Assembly: GCF_009931435.1 (NCBI RefSeq) | Contig: NZ_CP043414.1 | DNA: 64,000 bases | Source: Escherichia coli | GTDB lineage: Bacteria; Pseudomonadota; Gammaproteobacteria; Enterobacterales; Enterobacteriaceae | Strand: one strand, 5' to 3' | Shown: in pieces, positions 41,775 to 55,186 of the stretch | Position numbering within the stretch: position 1 is the stretch's first letter | How the letters are laid out: each line of letters starts with the position of its first letter | Made by a program: the position numbers and the translations under genes | The notes under the pieces: model-generated | Told to the model about the DNA's origin: nothing | The model's database searches: none | Seen by the model: the letters and a program-made list of their open reading frames with translations, nothing else

Positions 41775-42305
41775 TTATTTGCGGCGAGGCATCATTCGTA
41801 ACAGAGTATTATCTTTCTGAATGTAGTGATGAAAGAGTGCTGCGCCAGCGTGAGCTGCGATTAAAAAGTAACCTATATTTGCCCAGGTTTCGTGAATATT
41901 TTTTATCAGTGCTTTAATTTCGCTGTTTGGGGTAACAAAGGGAGACACATTGAAACCAAGGAAACTCCACGATTTTCCACTGTAAGCCATCAAAGCAATC
42001 CCCAGCAGAGGAAGTGCAAGGAAGGTTATATAAAGCATGATGTGCATTAGCGAAGCCGCTTTCATTTGCCAGGCAGGTGGCGGTGGCACAATAGAAGGAT
42101 CACTATAACGGTGTTTTATAATCAGGCGTGAAAACATTAACACCCAAACGAATATACCCGCATTGTAATGTGTTTCTCGCATCAGCAGATAAGTACTACT
42201 ACCTTTAGGAAACCAGCCACGGAGTTCCATCGCGGCATAGGTTATTGCAACGAAAAGCAGCGTTATCCAATGTAAATAAATTTGAGTTTTTGAGAATCGG
42301 TTCAT
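41775..42305 (-). CDS. yodB: Cytochrome b561 homolog
   Basis: 176 aa from MNRFSKTQIYLHWITLLFVA... Confidence 0.85.
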   Translation of the reverse strand: MNRFSKTQIYLHWITLLFVAITYAAMELRGWFPKGSSTYLLMRETHYNAGIFVWVLMFSRLIIKHRYSDPSIVPPPPAWQMKAASLMHIMLYITFLALPLLGIALMAYSGKSWSFLGFNVSPFVTPNSEIKALIKNIHETWANIGYFLIAAHAGAALFHHYIQKDNTLLRMMPRRK

Positions 42306-42647
42306 TTTTGTAGCTCCTGTAATTTTTACAGTCAAGCTATCCCACGAACCTTAAAAATTCCTTATACAGATGTGGTTTTAAGAATTTGTTATTTAAAAAA
42401 TTGATAGTGCACATTGTAACCAGCCAATATAAGCAATGGCGTGAGCACAGGTATCTTTCTCTGTTGGCCGTATTGTGTATGGAATCCGTTATTGGTTAAC
42501 TCAATGCGGGTTAGCTTATTAATATACAGACACGTCATAGTGATGAGCGTGTCTGTAGCTAGCTTGCGTTCAGTGGCGTTTGTGGATGGACCAGTGGCAG
42601 TTATGATGACTTACTAAAGCGGCATCGAGGCGTTATCATGAGAATAC

Positions 42648-43298
42648 TCAATGAGACATCATTTCCTCGACCACTTCTTCGCTACTCAACTGATATGGAT
42701 AATACGTTGGCCAGTTTTCCATTTCATTTAATAAAGATTGCTGTGAATCATTACCCATAAAAATGTGAAAATGAGATGATTTTCGTGGTGCAATTATATG
42801 ATCGCTAAATTGTATATATTTAGGGGCTTTGCTTTCAGGATCTTTACATTCGAATAAGTAACGAACGCCTTTCTTGCCTGATTTATAGGTGAGTATTTTG
42901 TATCCATCGTAATCATATTTACAGGATGTTGTTTCATTATTTCTATGGAATTCAACAATGCCGTCCTCAATGCCAATCATCTCGATATCTGTTGCATAAC
43001 CTTTGTGATAATAATCTTTAATTTCAGCAAATGTTTTAGTTTTATCTGCATCCGCTTTCTTCTGAAAGACGGGGTCAAGTTTGCCACTTTGCAGTAAAGG
43101 ATAAACGGATTGCCAGACTCCATCCCAGTCACTGAGCGTTCGGTTTTGTACATTGGCATCATCAAAAACACCATTAGCAGCTTTTTGTTCGACCTCTGTT
43201 AAGGGTTTGCCGTGTGAGTGATGACCATGCGAAAAGGCAGGAGCGCTAACAATAAAGACACCTAAAGCAACAGCCAGTTTGTGAAGACGAATCGCCAA
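42648..43298 (-). CDS. zinT: Zinc/cadmium-binding periplasmic protein ZinT (YodA); TTG start inferred
   Basis: His-rich HGHHSHG after signal peptide; GGAGG Shine-Dalgarno before TTG. Confidence 0.85.
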   Translation of the reverse strand: MAIRLHKLAVALGVFIVSAPAFSHGHHSHGKPLTEVEQKAANGVFDDANVQNRTLSDWDGVWQSVYPLLQSGKLDPVFQKKADADKTKTFAEIKDYYHKGYATDIEMIGIEDGIVEFHRNNETTSCKYDYDGYKILTYKSGKKGVRYLFECKDPESKAPKYIQFSDHIIAPRKSSHFHIFMGNDSQQSLLNEMENWPTYYPYQLSSEEVVEEMMSH

Positions 43299-43487
43299 AA
43301 CAGTTTCCTCCAGAGTCATTGTATATGATGTGTAATGTTATATTGTAACATATGGCAAAATGCAACAACTCTTAGGAGATGAGAGCATAGTTTTCTCAGG
43401 TGTACTTATCTATCTTATTGAAATAAAATGAATTATATTGATAATTTGAGGTTGATGACAAACGAAACATAATCTGATGTGATCTGC

Positions 43488-43522
43488 GTAGGCCGGATAG
43501 GGCGCTCGCGCCGCATCCGGCA
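43488..43522. repeat. REP (repetitive extragenic palindrome) unit
   Basis: gtaggccggatagggcgctcgcgccgcatccggca. Confidence 0.7.
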
Positions 43523-43554
43523 GGGATAACGCGTACTTTGTCGGCAATATGAAG

Positions 43555-44190
43555 TTATACAGATAATTTGTTGTGAACCTGCTTGCGTAACCGGTTAAAA
43601 AGGGAACGCAACTTCTTATACCGTAAGGCTAAAAGCAGTACAGCCAGCCCAGCGTAGATGAGCGGCTGCGGTGAAATAATCTTCACTGACCACAGATAAT
43701 GTATTGGGGCCAGGATCGCGACAAGATAGACGAAATTATGCAACTGTTGCCAGTGCTTGCCGAGTTTTCGCTGCATCGCCTGGGTTGAAGTAAACGCTAA
43801 AGCAAGCAAAATAACCCAGCTGATAATTCCTAACGTTAAATAAGGCCGGGTAATTAACTCCTTGCCTAATAACGCCAGATTATTCACGCCCAGCTCCAGC
43901 AATGCGTAACTGGTTAAATGCAGTGTCGCCCAGGCAAAGCACCATAAGCCTAACAGGCGGCGAGTGCGTATCAATAACGGCTGTTTTGCGTAGCGTGCCA
44001 GAGGTGTGATTAACAAGGTCGCCAGCAAAAATTTCAGTGCAGTGCGACCGGTAAAATGCTGAATATCTTTCACCGGATCGGCACCCAGTCCACCGTGATT
44101 GATCGCCCAGACCAGCCAGAGAAACGGCAACAATCCGGCAAGATGCAGGCTAACTTTCAGCCATGTCACCTGTTTTGCTGTCAGACGCAT
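43555..44190 (-). CDS. msrQ: Methionine sulfoxide reductase heme-binding subunit
   Basis: 211 aa membrane protein, [21 protein letters not shown]... Confidence 0.9.
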   Translation of the reverse strand: MRLTAKQVTWLKVSLHLAGLLPFLWLVWAINHGGLGADPVKDIQHFTGRTALKFLLATLLITPLARYAKQPLLIRTRRLLGLWCFAWATLHLTSYALLELGVNNLALLGKELITRPYLTLGIISWVILLALAFTSTQAMQRKLGKHWQQLHNFVYLVAILAPIHYLWSVKIISPQPLIYAGLAVLLLALRYKKLRSLFNRLRKQVHNKLSV

Positions 44191-45201
<1,011 letters not shown>

Positions 45202-45303
45202 TCACACTTTTTTGTCGTTAGCCAGCAAGAGCCGTTTACTGTTAATCTGTCAGGGAGTGTCCTCCCTAACAGTAGCAGAGATCTGCTTTTACATATTTAT
45301 GCA

Positions 45304-45717
45304 TTAACTGCCACGATAGGTTGAATACCCATATTGGCTAAGTAATAAAGGCACATGATAATGCTCGTTCACTTTATTAATATGAAATTCAACGGGGATC
45401 TCAGGGAAGAAACTTTCAAGATTTTGTTTCTTGAAATAGTCCCCGGTTTTAAATACGACACGGTAATCGCCCGTAGTTGCAGTTTGCTCGGGCCACAGTG
45501 CCTTAATTCGTCCATCCTTATCTGTTTTGGCGGTATTAAGTTGTAACCAGCCGTTATCCGCCTTCTTTTCAAGAGTGACTGTCACGTCAGCAGCGGGTTT
45601 TCCGGTTTGCTGGTTCAAAATGTGCACGCTAAGAATGTTTTGTTGTGCGGCATAAACCAAAGAAGGTAATGAAAATGCTGCCGTTGCTACCGAGAGTACT
45701 AAATAACGCTTTAACAT
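45304..45717 (-). CDS. hiuH: 5-hydroxyisourate hydrolase (transthyretin-like)
   Basis: 137 aa ending YRGS. Confidence 0.9.
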   Translation of the reverse strand: MLKRYLVLSVATAAFSLPSLVYAAQQNILSVHILNQQTGKPAADVTVTLEKKADNGWLQLNTAKTDKDGRIKALWPEQTATTGDYRVVFKTGDYFKKQNLESFFPEIPVEFHINKVNEHYHVPLLLSQYGYSTYRGS

Positions 45718-45849
45718 GTTTATATCCTTGTCATGTGAATGAGTTTTGAGGATAGCGAAAAAGCTGCCAGGGTAACCTTACAGCAGCATTACAATTTTGT
45801 AATGAACCAGGCTGTTTCTATAACATATGATTTATGGCATATTATTTTC

Positions 45850-46521
45850 ATGAAGATTTTACTTATTGAAGATAATCAAAGGACCCAGGAGTGGGTAACG
45901 CAGGGGCTTTCCGAAGCGGGTTATGTCATTGATGCCGTTTCTGATGGCAGAGATGGGCTTTATCTTGCGCTGAAGGATGATTATGCATTGATAATTCTGG
46001 ATATTATGCTTCCGGGTATGGATGGCTGGCAGATCTTACAAACGTTAAGAACAGCAAAGCAAACCCCTGTTATTTGCCTTACTGCAAGGGATTCTGTCGA
46101 TGACAGAGTCAGAGGGCTGGACAGTGGAGCAAATGATTATCTGGTAAAACCTTTTTCATTTTCTGAGTTGCTGGCAAGGGTTCGGGCACAATTAAGGCAA
46201 CATCACGCTTTGAATTCAACATTAGAAATCAGTGGCTTAAGAATGGACTCTGTAAGTCAAAGTGTGAGCAGGGACAATATCAGTATTACACTGACGCGCA
46301 AGGAGTTTCAGTTACTTTGGCTACTGGCCTCCAGAGCTGGCGAAATTATACCCAGAACGGTTATTGCGAGTGAAATTTGGGGAATCAACTTTGATAGTGA
46401 TACCAATACGGTGGATGTCGCCATTCGCAGGCTCCGCGCAAAAGTTGATGATCCTTTTCCTGAAAAGCTAATCGCCACAATCCGGGGGATGGGCTATTCA
46501 TTCGTAGCGGTAAAAAAATAA
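45850..46521 (+). CDS. hprR: Response regulator HprR (YedW), OmpR family
   Basis: 223 aa from MKILLIEDNQRTQEWVTQGL... Confidence 0.9.
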   Translation: MKILLIEDNQRTQEWVTQGLSEAGYVIDAVSDGRDGLYLALKDDYALIILDIMLPGMDGWQILQTLRTAKQTPVICLTARDSVDDRVRGLDSGANDYLVKPFSFSELLARVRAQLRQHHALNSTLEISGLRMDSVSQSVSRDNISITLTRKEFQLLWLLASRAGEIIPRTVIASEIWGINFDSDTNTVDVAIRRLRAKVDDPFPEKLIATIRGMGYSFVAVKK

Positions 46522-47879
46522 TGAAAAGATTGTCTATAACCGTCCGTTTAACCTTGCTTTTTATATTGCTGCTGTCTGTTGCTGGCGCTGGAATTGTCTG
46601 GACTCTCTATAATGGCCTGGCAAGTGAGTTGAAATGGCGCGATGATACAACACTCATTAACCGGACAGCACAGATCAAGCAGTTGTTAATTGATGGGGTA
46701 AATCCAGATACGTTACCTGTATACTTTAACCGGATGATGGATGTTAGTCAGGATATCTTGATCATTCATGGTGATGGCATCAATAAAATTGTTAACCGGA
46801 CAAATGTCAGTGATGACATGTTAAATAACATACCTGCTAGTGAGACAATCAGCGCAGCTGGCATTTACAGAAGCATTATTAATGATACTGAGATTGATGC
46901 TTTACGAATTAATATTGATGAAGTTTCGCCATCATTAACGGTTACTGTGGCTAAATTGGCTTCAGCCAGACATAACATGCTTGAACAGTATAAAATTAAT
47001 AGCATTATAATTTGCATTGTCGCCATTGTACTTTGCTCAGTATTAAGTCCGCTGTTAATCAGAACGGGATTACGAGAGATCAAAAAGTTGAGTGGTGTAA
47101 CGGAAGCGCTGAATTATAACTATAGCCGAGAGCCTGTTGAGGTTAGCGCATTACCGAGAGAACTAAAACCTCTTGGGCAGGCGTTGAATAAAATGCATCA
47201 AGCCTTAGTCAAAGATTTTGAACGCCTAAGTCAATTTGCTGACGATCTCGCTCATGAACTTAGAACGCCCATTAATGCATTACTGGGTCAGAATCAGGTT
47301 ACGCTCAGTCAAACCAGAAGTATCGCTGAATATCAAAAAACAATTGCCGGTAACATTGAAGAGTTGGAAAATATTTCGCGGTTAACAGAGAACATACTGT
47401 TTCTTGCCCGGGCAGATAAAAACAATGTTTTGGTGAAACTGGACTCGCTTTCTCTCAATAAGGAAGTCGAAAATTTGTTGGATTATCTTGAATATCTTTC
47501 AGACGAGAAAGAGATTTGCTTTAAGGTCGAGTGCAATCAGCAAATCTTTGCGGATAAAATTTTACTGCAACGAATGTTATCGAATCTTATTGTTAATGCC
47601 ATTAGATATTCACCAGAAAAATCGCGTATTCATATAACCAGTTTTCTTGATACCAACGGCTATCTTAATATTGATATCGCCAGTCCTGGAACGAAAATAC
47701 ATGAGCCTGAAAAACTCTTCCGTAGATTTTGGCGGGGAGATAATTCGCGTCATTCCGTAGGTCAGGGACTTGGTCTTTCTTTAGTCAAAGCGATTGCCGA
47801 ATTGCATGGGGGAAGTGCTTCATATCACTATCTCAATAAGCATAATGTGTTCCGAATTACGTTACCGCAAAGAAATTAA
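46521..47879 (+). CDS. hprS: Sensor histidine kinase HprS (YedV)
   Basis: 452 aa, two TM helices, H-box LAHELRTP, HATPase region. Confidence 0.9.
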   Translation: MKRLSITVRLTLLFILLLSVAGAGIVWTLYNGLASELKWRDDTTLINRTAQIKQLLIDGVNPDTLPVYFNRMMDVSQDILIIHGDGINKIVNRTNVSDDMLNNIPASETISAAGIYRSIINDTEIDALRINIDEVSPSLTVTVAKLASARHNMLEQYKINSIIICIVAIVLCSVLSPLLIRTGLREIKKLSGVTEALNYNYSREPVEVSALPRELKPLGQALNKMHQALVKDFERLSQFADDLAHELRTPINALLGQNQVTLSQTRSIAEYQKTIAGNIEELENISRLTENILFLARADKNNVLVKLDSLSLNKEVENLLDYLEYLSDEKEICFKVECNQQIFADKILLQRMLSNLIVNAIRYSPEKSRIHITSFLDTNGYLNIDIASPGTKIHEPEKLFRRFWRGDNSRHSVGQGLGLSLVKAIAELHGGSASYHYLNKHNVFRITLPQRN

Positions 47880-47986
47880 CATAGGGCTTCAGTACGCCAT
47901 AAATTAACCGTGAAAAAACGCAGCCACGTCGTGAGTACTAACGCGGCTGCGATTAATTATGCGCTTACATTCAAACGTAACAGGGA

Positions 47987-48838
47987 TTAACCCGCGTAAG
48001 CTGCCAGCATTTCCTGCGCCGCCAGTTTACCCAACGCATTCGCTGCGAAAGGACTGTCGCCGGTGAGAAGTTTACGGTCCTTATGTACTCGCCCGGTGAT
48101 GTCGTCATTAATGATGTTCATGCCCATTTGCTTCAGCTCTTCGCCGAAGTACCAGGTGAGATGACCTGGCATATAGCCAATATCTGGCGTTTGTTTGTCT
48201 GCGGCGTCTGGGAATGCGCAAATGGAATAACCATTCAGTGGGTTATCGCCGTGGCGAAGCGCCAGAAAAGCCGCCGGGCCGTGGCAAAGGGAGATAACAA
48301 AACGGTCATTTTTGATTGCCCACTGTAAAGCGGCAGCTACGTCCTGGCTTTCAGGTAAACCAATAAGTGCGCCATGACCACCAGGAACAAAGATTGCTGC
48401 ATATTCGCTATCAGCGTTGAGGCTGGCGACAACATCCGCGAGTTTCTTCGGATTGCGGAACAACGATTTATGCTGCTCAAAGAATGGCATTACTTTTTCA
48501 TCTTTGTGCGGCATAGCCCAGTATTCAAACTTGGTCATCAGACCGGAAATGGTCGCCACTTCGAATTCGAAACCTGCAGCATGGAGATGATACAACGGCA
48601 GCAACGTTTCAATCGGATGGTTACCGGTCGAGAACAGTTTTCCGTTATCGGTTGGCAAATAACGTTCGTCCGCGGCGATCACCAGAATTTTATGCTTACC
48701 GCGATACGGTTTTGGATAGTCCACGCCATCAAGATCAGAGACGGGACTGGTATATTGGCTAAGCGAATATTCTGAAGGGAAGAACGCATTATCTTCAGCA
48801 ATATCGACCTGCGGATTTTTACTTGTTTGAACAGTCAT
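47987..48838 (-). CDS. hchA: Hsp31 glyoxalase / protein deglycase
   Basis: 283 aa DJ-1/PfpI family. Confidence 0.9.
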   Translation of the reverse strand: MTVQTSKNPQVDIAEDNAFFPSEYSLSQYTSPVSDLDGVDYPKPYRGKHKILVIAADERYLPTDNGKLFSTGNHPIETLLPLYHLHAAGFEFEVATISGLMTKFEYWAMPHKDEKVMPFFEQHKSLFRNPKKLADVVASLNADSEYAAIFVPGGHGALIGLPESQDVAAALQWAIKNDRFVISLCHGPAAFLALRHGDNPLNGYSICAFPDAADKQTPDIGYMPGHLTWYFGEELKQMGMNIINDDITGRVHKDRKLLTGDSPFAANALGKLAAQEMLAAYAG

Positions 48839-49349
48839 AGTGTATTCCTTATTGTTGCTTAGTTAGGGTAGTCACTATATTTGCGACTGAGCTGGTCGCT
48901 ATTTTTAACCAGGCTGGAAAATTGAGTCAATATATCGAAAGCGGTAGTCGGCGGGTGTAAGTATGTAATGATGATGCTGCACTGGTGTTGAATATTATTC
49001 ACGCCAAATTTTCCTTATTGAGCAACGTCGTCGCAAGTGGCCTCAATGATTTTAGACCATTATCAGAGATGCGGGGCGGTGGGGAGAGATTTAGTGATGT
49101 GGAATATTGTGGTGCTGATGAATATTTATATCGCGGATTGGTAGAGAAAAAGCTTATTTCATGCACTATTTTTGCAAAGATTTCTATTTGGGAAGCGTGT
49201 TTGTTACGGGGTAATTCATCAGAATGTGCATTTGGGGTGTTGGCTGGAAGAGTCGCTGGTAGATGTTATTGTGGCAGGAGGGGCAGGGTAAGGTGCTGTA
49301 TCGATATGCTTTGGCAATTGCGTGTGCCGCAGATGGAGATGAAATGCCA

Positions 49350-49387
49350 ATAAAAAAGCCTGAGTTCGATGAGGGACGAACTCAGGC
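49350..49387 (-). terminator. Rho-independent terminator downstream of yedS
   Basis: 12 bp stem agcctgagttcg / cgaactcaggct followed by a U-run on the minus strand. Confidence 0.7.
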
Positions 49388-49430
49388 TAGTGTTATGTTT
49401 TACAGTAACACGCCGCGGCGCGTTGGCTGA

Positions 49431-50504
49431 TTAGAACTGGTAGACGATACCAACTGCAAACTGGTCATCAGTTGCGGCATCGGTAATCGCTGCATCGTCT
49501 TTATCCAGCAGGTTAAATTTGTATGCTGTGTAGACGTTCATGTTCTTATTGAAGTAGTACCAGGTACCAACTTCGATATAATTTACGCGGTCAGCATCAA
49601 CACCTTTATGTCCATCACGAGCATAAAGATCTTTGCCTTTGGAATATACGTAGCCTAAAGACGGACGTAAACCGAAGTCGAACTGATACTGTACAACAGC
49701 TTCAAAGTTTTGGGTTTTATTTGCAAAATGATCATTAGCCAAAACGGTCATGTTGCGGGTTTCACCGTACATCATTGCTGCATAGATATTATTTGCATCA
49801 TACTTGGCTGCTAATGACCACACTTCAGCGTTATCACCGTAGCCGTCACCAGCTTGTTCATTAGTACGATCAGATTTGCTATATGCACCTACAAAACCAA
49901 AACCTTCGATGTTGTAGTCTACAGACAACGCATAGCCATCACCGTTTTGTTTAGTAACGCCACGATTGCTGTTCTTACCTTGATATTGCACAGCAAAATT
50001 CAGACCATCAACCAGACCAAAGAAATCAGAGTTACGGTAGGTTGCAACACCGTTGGTACGACCGTTCATGAAGTTGTCAGCGGAAGCCCAGGAATCACCA
50101 CCCCATTCAACTAACATATCGGTATAAGCTGCGGCATCATAAGCAACACCGTAGTTACGACCATAGTCGAAAGATCCTAACTCGTTATATTTCAAACCTG
50201 CGAAGGTTAAACGGGTTTTTTCCTGATTAGAGCCTTCGGGCTTGCTGGCGTCGAGGTTGTATTCAAACTGACCAAAACCAGTCAGTTCGCTGGTGATTTG
50301 GGTTTCACCTTTAACACCGAAACGAGCATAGGAGGTATCTTCGTTTTCGCTGTTATTATCATCAGTATTTGACCAGATGCGTTCGCCAACCATCTTGCCG
50401 TAGAAATCAACTTTATTGCCATCTTTATTGTAAATTTCAGCCGCATTTGCTGCGCCAGCAACTAATAACGCCGGGACCAGCATTGCCAGAACTTTTCTTT
50501 TCAT
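49431..50504 (-). CDS. yedS: OmpC/OmpF-family general porin, intact
   Basis: 357 aa from [21 protein letters not shown]; C-terminal ...VGIVYQF beta-barrel terminus. Confidence 0.8.
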   Translation of the reverse strand: MKRKVLAMLVPALLVAGAANAAEIYNKDGNKVDFYGKMVGERIWSNTDDNNSENEDTSYARFGVKGETQITSELTGFGQFEYNLDASKPEGSNQEKTRLTFAGLKYNELGSFDYGRNYGVAYDAAAYTDMLVEWGGDSWASADNFMNGRTNGVATYRNSDFFGLVDGLNFAVQYQGKNSNRGVTKQNGDGYALSVDYNIEGFGFVGAYSKSDRTNEQAGDGYGDNAEVWSLAAKYDANNIYAAMMYGETRNMTVLANDHFANKTQNFEAVVQYQFDFGLRPSLGYVYSKGKDLYARDGHKGVDADRVNYIEVGTWYYFNKNMNVYTAYKFNLLDKDDAAITDAATDDQFAVGIVYQF

Positions 50505-51131
50505 TATGTATTCCCTTGTGATTATAATCTTCATGAATATATCAATAAGTGCCGTTATCCAAAAAAAAGCACATTTGGATACTATTCTATGAAGTTCATT
50601 TTATTTTAAGGATTACATGTAACAAATGTATTTAAAAGATTTCAAAATGTTTCTAATCTATTTAATATAATTCAGAATTATGAATTCTAAATATAAATAT
50701 TCATGAAATTATAAATGTATATCAATATGTTATGAGTTGAGCGGAAACATAGGGGGTATCAATGATTGTTGCGCCAAACGGCTGGTGTGATCAGGCGCAC
50801 ATTAATGAAGGCATAAAAAAAGCCGGCATCATGCCGGCCCAAAAAATATAAACAAGACGATAAAAGGCTAATAACGGAAGCATCATGACACAGAATAATA
50901 AAAAGGTATAATTGTAATCAGTGCTAATATATTGATTAAATGAATTAATAAAGCCGATATCAAAGATAAATAAAATCGCTCAAAACGATTTTTCCTGTAT
51001 TCACTGCCGTTGCGCAAAATTTATCTATTTGTTCAAAAAATGATTGAGTCTTGACTGGCTCATCCAATGTGGAAAAATGTGACTTTTATCACATAATAGT
51101 ACTAAGTCTGAATTTTCCGGGTTATCTCAAA

Positions 51132-51434
51132 ATGGAATACGGTTCGACAAAGATGGAAGAGAGACTCTCTCGCAGCCCTGGCGGCAAACCGGCTTTGTGG
51201 GCTTTCTATACATGGTGTGGCTATTTCGTCTGGGCAATGGCGCGTTACATCTGGGTGATGAGCCGGATCCCCGATGCCCCCGTGTCGGGATTTGAAAGCG
51301 ATTTAGGCTCTACCGCGGGAAAGTGGTTAGGGGCACTGGTCGGATTTTTATTTATGGCTCTGGTCGGGGCATTGTTAGGCAGCATTGCCTGGTACACCCG
51401 ACCTCGTCCCGCACGTAGCAGACGCTATGAATAA
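51132..51434 (+). CDS. yedR: Small inner-membrane protein YedR (start uncertain; alternative GTG at 51069)
   Basis: MEYGSTKMEERLSRSPGGKPALWAFYTWCGYFVW... Confidence 0.7.
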   Translation: MEYGSTKMEERLSRSPGGKPALWAFYTWCGYFVWAMARYIWVMSRIPDAPVSGFESDLGSTAGKWLGALVGFLFMALVGALLGSIAWYTRPRPARSRRYE

Positions 51435-51473
51435 AAACTGCTAAGGTGGCGACTCTTTGGCAACGGAGCGCGT

Positions 51474-52169
51474 ATGGACTTACAACACTGGCAGGCACAG
51501 TTCGAAAACTGGTTGAAAAACCATCATCAGCACCAGGACGCGGCCCATGACGTGTGTCATTTTCGCCGCGTCTGGGCTACGGCACAGAAGCTGGCGGCAG
51601 ATGACGATGTCGATATGCTGGTGATTTTAACCGCATGTTATTTTCACGATATCGTGAGCCTGGCGAAAAATCATCCGCAACGGCAGCGTTCTTCAATACT
51701 GGCAGCAGAAGAGACGCGTCGCCTGCTGCGTGAAGAATTCGCGCAATTTCCGGCGGAAAAAATCGAGGCTGTTTGCCATGCCATTGCCGCACACAGTTTT
51801 AGCGCGCAAATCGCCCCTTTAACGGCGGAAGCTAAAATCGTTCAGGATGCGGATCGGCTGGAAGCTCTGGGGGCGATTGGCCTGGCGCGTGTGTTTGCCG
51901 TTTCGGGGGCGTTGGGCGTGGCATTGTTTGATGGCGAAGATCCGTTCGCGCAGCATCGCCCACTTGATGATAAACGTTACGCGCTGGATCATTTTCAGAC
52001 TAAGTTGCTGAAGCTACCGCACACCATGCAAACCACAAAAGGCAAACAACTGGCGCAGTACAACGCGCAATTTTTAGTCGAGTTTATGGCGAAGCTCAGT
52101 GCTGAGCTGGCGGGGGAGAATGAAGGTATCGATCACAAGGTGATTGATACGTTTTCACCGGTTGGCTGA
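51474..52169 (+). CDS. yedJ: HD-domain phosphohydrolase
   Basis: 231 aa with HD motif (CYFHDIV). Confidence 0.85.
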   Translation: MDLQHWQAQFENWLKNHHQHQDAAHDVCHFRRVWATAQKLAADDDVDMLVILTACYFHDIVSLAKNHPQRQRSSILAAEETRRLLREEFAQFPAEKIEAVCHAIAAHSFSAQIAPLTAEAKIVQDADRLEALGAIGLARVFAVSGALGVALFDGEDPFAQHRPLDDKRYALDHFQTKLLKLPHTMQTTKGKQLAQYNAQFLVEFMAKLSAELAGENEGIDHKVIDTFSPVG

Positions 52170-52235
52170 GCTCGTGGCCCTAAATGATGGTAATTATGTT
52201 AACCTGTCGGCCATCTCAGATGGCCGGTTAAATCT

Positions 52236-53654
52236 ATGCAGGAAAATATATCAGTAACCGATTCATACAGCACCGGGAATGCCGCACAGGCAATGGTGGA
52301 GCAACTGCTGCAAATTTATGATGTCAAAACGCTGGTGGCGCATCTTAATGGTGTGGGTGAGAATCACTGGAGCGCGGCAATTTTAAAACGTGCGCTGGCG
52401 AATGACTCAGCATGGCACCGTTTAAGTGAGAAAGAGTTCGCACATCTGCAAACGTTGTTACCCATTCCACCGGCACATCATCCGCATTATGCGTTTCGCT
52501 TTATCGATCTATTTGCCGGGATTGGTGGTATTCGTCGCGGTTTTGAATCGATTGGTGGGCAGTGCGTGTTTACCAGCGAATGGAACAAACATGCTGTACG
52601 CACTTATAAAGCCAACTATTATTGCGACCCGGCGGTGCATCACTTTAATGAAGATATTCGCGACATCACTCTCAGCCACAAAGAGGGTATAGGTGATGAC
52701 GCGGCGGCGGAACATATCCGTCAACATATTCCTGAGCACGATGTTTTACTGGCCGGTTTTCCTTGTCAGCCGTTTTCTCTGGCTGGCGTATCGAAAAAGA
52801 ACTCACTCGGACGAGCGCACGGTTTTGCCTGTGATACCCAGGGCACGCTGTTCTTCGATGTGGTGCGTATTATCGACGCGCGTCGCCCGGCGATTTTTGT
52901 GCTCGAAAACGTCAAAAACCTGAAAAGCCACGACCAGGGGAAAACGTTCCGTATCATCATGCAGACGTTGGATGAACTGGGCTATGACGTGGCAGATGCA
53001 GAAGATAATGGCCCGGACGATCCGAAAATCATTGACGGTAAACATTTCCTTCCGCAGCACCGTGAACGCATCGTGCTGGTGGGTTTTCGTCGCGACCTGA
53101 ATCTGAAAGCCGATTTTACCCTGCGTGAGATCAGCGAATGTTTCCCTTCACAGCGAGTGACACTGGCGCAGTTACTGGACCCGATGGTTGAGGCGAAATA
53201 TATCCTGACGCCGGTGCTGTGGAAGTACCTCTATCGTTATGCGAAAAAACATCAGGCGCGCGGTAACGGCTTCGGTTATGGAATGGTTTATCCGAACAAT
53301 CCGCAAAGCGTCACGCGTACGCTTTCTGCTCGTTATTACAAAGATGGCGCGGAAATTTTAATTGATCGCGGCTGGGATATAGCCACGGGTGAGAAAGACT
53401 TTGACGATCCGCAGAACCAGCAACACCGCCCACGTCGGTTAACGCCTCGTGAATGTGCGCGCTTAATGGGCTTTGAAGCACCAGGAGAAGCGAAATTTCG
53501 CATTCCGGTTTCGGACACTCAGGCCTATCGCCAGTTCGGTAACTCGGTGGTCGTGCCGGTCTTTGCCGCGGTGGCAAAACTGCTTGAACCAAAAATCAAA
53601 CAGGCAGTGGCGTTGCGTCAGCAAGAAGCAAAACATGGCCGACGTTCACGATAA
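52236..53654 (+). CDS. dcm: DNA-cytosine (C5) methyltransferase Dcm
   Basis: 472 aa; FAGIGG, PCQPFS and ENV motifs. Confidence 0.95.
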   Translation: MQENISVTDSYSTGNAAQAMVEQLLQIYDVKTLVAHLNGVGENHWSAAILKRALANDSAWHRLSEKEFAHLQTLLPIPPAHHPHYAFRFIDLFAGIGGIRRGFESIGGQCVFTSEWNKHAVRTYKANYYCDPAVHHFNEDIRDITLSHKEGIGDDAAAEHIRQHIPEHDVLLAGFPCQPFSLAGVSKKNSLGRAHGFACDTQGTLFFDVVRIIDARRPAIFVLENVKNLKSHDQGKTFRIIMQTLDELGYDVADAEDNGPDDPKIIDGKHFLPQHRERIVLVGFRRDLNLKADFTLREISECFPSQRVTLAQLLDPMVEAKYILTPVLWKYLYRYAKKHQARGNGFGYGMVYPNNPQSVTRTLSARYYKDGAEILIDRGWDIATGEKDFDDPQNQQHRPRRLTPRECARLMGFEAPGEAKFRIPVSDTQAYRQFGNSVVVPVFAAVAKLLEPKIKQAVALRQQEAKHGRRSR

Positions 53655-54105
53655 GGCTACACGCAGCAAAAATATGCGCGCAATTGCCACGCGCGATACG
53701 GCGATTGAGAAGCGCCTCGCCAGTTTGTTAACCGGGCAGGGACTGGCGTTTCGCGTTCAGGACGCCAGTTTGCCCGGACGCCCGGATTTTGTTCTTGATG
53801 AATATCGCTGCGTGATATTTACCCACGGCTGCTTCTGGCACCATCATCACTGCTATCTGTTTAAAGTGCCCGCGACTCGAACCGAGTTCTGGCTGGAGAA
53901 GATAGGTAAAAATGTTGAGCGCGATCGCCGCGATATCAGTCGCTTGCAGGAGCTTGGCTGGCGCGTACTGATTGTCTGGGAGTGTGCGTTACGCGGGCGC
54001 GAAAAATTGACGGATGCGGCACTTACCGAGCGTCTGGAAGAGTGGATCTGCGGCGAAGGTGCCAGCGCGCAGATCGACACGCAGGGGATTCATTTACTCG
54101 CTTGA
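53635..54105 (+). CDS. vsr: Very-short-patch repair endonuclease
   Basis: 156 aa from [17 protein letters not shown]..., overlaps dcm 3' end by 20 nt. Confidence 0.9.
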   Translation: MADVHDKATRSKNMRAIATRDTAIEKRLASLLTGQGLAFRVQDASLPGRPDFVLDEYRCVIFTHGCFWHHHHCYLFKVPATRTEFWLEKIGKNVERDRRDISRLQELGWRVLIVWECALRGREKLTDAALTERLEEWICGEGASAQIDTQGIHLLA

Positions 54106-55014
54106 TGCGTCCTGAATAACTGGCGCAATAACGGGTTTTGCCGGGAAAAGATATTTTCCTAACGTGACTAGTACCACCGCGAAGACAATCACGCCGAGCG
54201 CCAGCCATTCAATCTTAGACAGCGTCTCTCCGCCCACTCCCGTACCCAGCAAGACCGCGACCACCGGGTTAACGTAGGCGTAGCTGGTGGCGAGAGCCGG
54301 ACTGACGTTGCGGATTAAATACATATAAGCGTTAATGGCGATAATCGAACCAAACAGCGCCAGATAGCCGACCGCAAGGAAGCCTGAAAGGGAAGGGATC
54401 GCCGTCAGTTTTTCACCCGCAATCATCGACGCAATCATTAACACCACGCCTGCCGCCAGCATCTCAATCGCACCCGCCATCATTCCTACTGGCAAGGTAA
54501 TGCGCGAACCGTAAACCGAGCCAAACGCCCAGCTAATCGAGCCGATTAAAATCAGAATCGCGCCCCACGGATTGCCGCTTAAATTACCCCCGCTATTGAG
54601 CATGATGATTCCGGCAAGCCCAATGGCGATACCCATCCATTCCAGTTTGCGCGTTTTAATGCCAAACAGGCGGCTGAAGCACAGGGTAAAGAGGGGCACG
54701 GTTGCAACCACTACGGCGGCGATGCCGGATGGAACATTTTGATGTTCGGCAACTGTCACCATGCCATTACCGACAGCCAGCAATAACAGGCCAATCAGCG
54801 CGGCATTGATCAGCGGACGTAGCGGGGGGAGTTTGTGTCCGCGCAGTAGCAAAAATGCCATCAATAAAATACCGGCTGCCAGGAATCGAACGCCCGCCAT
54901 CATTAACGGAGGCCAGCTTTCCACGCCAATCCGAATGACAAAATAGGTTGAGCCCCAAATGATATACAACGCAAACAGCGCGCCAAAAAGCGGTAACAAC
55001 TGGCGAAAACGCAT
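54094..55014 (-). CDS. yedA: EamA/DMT-family transporter
   Basis: 306 aa polytopic membrane protein. Confidence 0.85.
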   Translation of the reverse strand: MRFRQLLPLFGALFALYIIWGSTYFVIRIGVESWPPLMMAGVRFLAAGILLMAFLLLRGHKLPPLRPLINAALIGLLLLAVGNGMVTVAEHQNVPSGIAAVVVATVPLFTLCFSRLFGIKTRKLEWMGIAIGLAGIIMLNSGGNLSGNPWGAILILIGSISWAFGSVYGSRITLPVGMMAGAIEMLAAGVVLMIASMIAGEKLTAIPSLSGFLAVGYLALFGSIIAINAYMYLIRNVSPALATSYAYVNPVVAVLLGTGVGGETLSKIEWLALGVIVFAVVLVTLGKYLFPAKPVIAPVIQDASSE

Positions 55015-55186
55015 AATCCCACACGGTGAAAATAAAAAGGTGGTTCATAGTAAACGTGAAAATCATTCTGCTGGCGAGAGATATAATTGCACTTGATTGT
55101 TAAAAAAATGTTGACCTATGAAGCAAGTATCAGAGCTGCCGTTTTTGCTTCATACTTACTCCCTTCAACAATAAAAATGAGAGGGA

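Noticed and set aside
48985-49353. 122 aa plus-strand ORF between hchA and yedS
   Set aside because: No ribosome-binding site, low-complexity Cys/Arg/Gly-rich translation, and it lies in the terminator region; likely non-coding.
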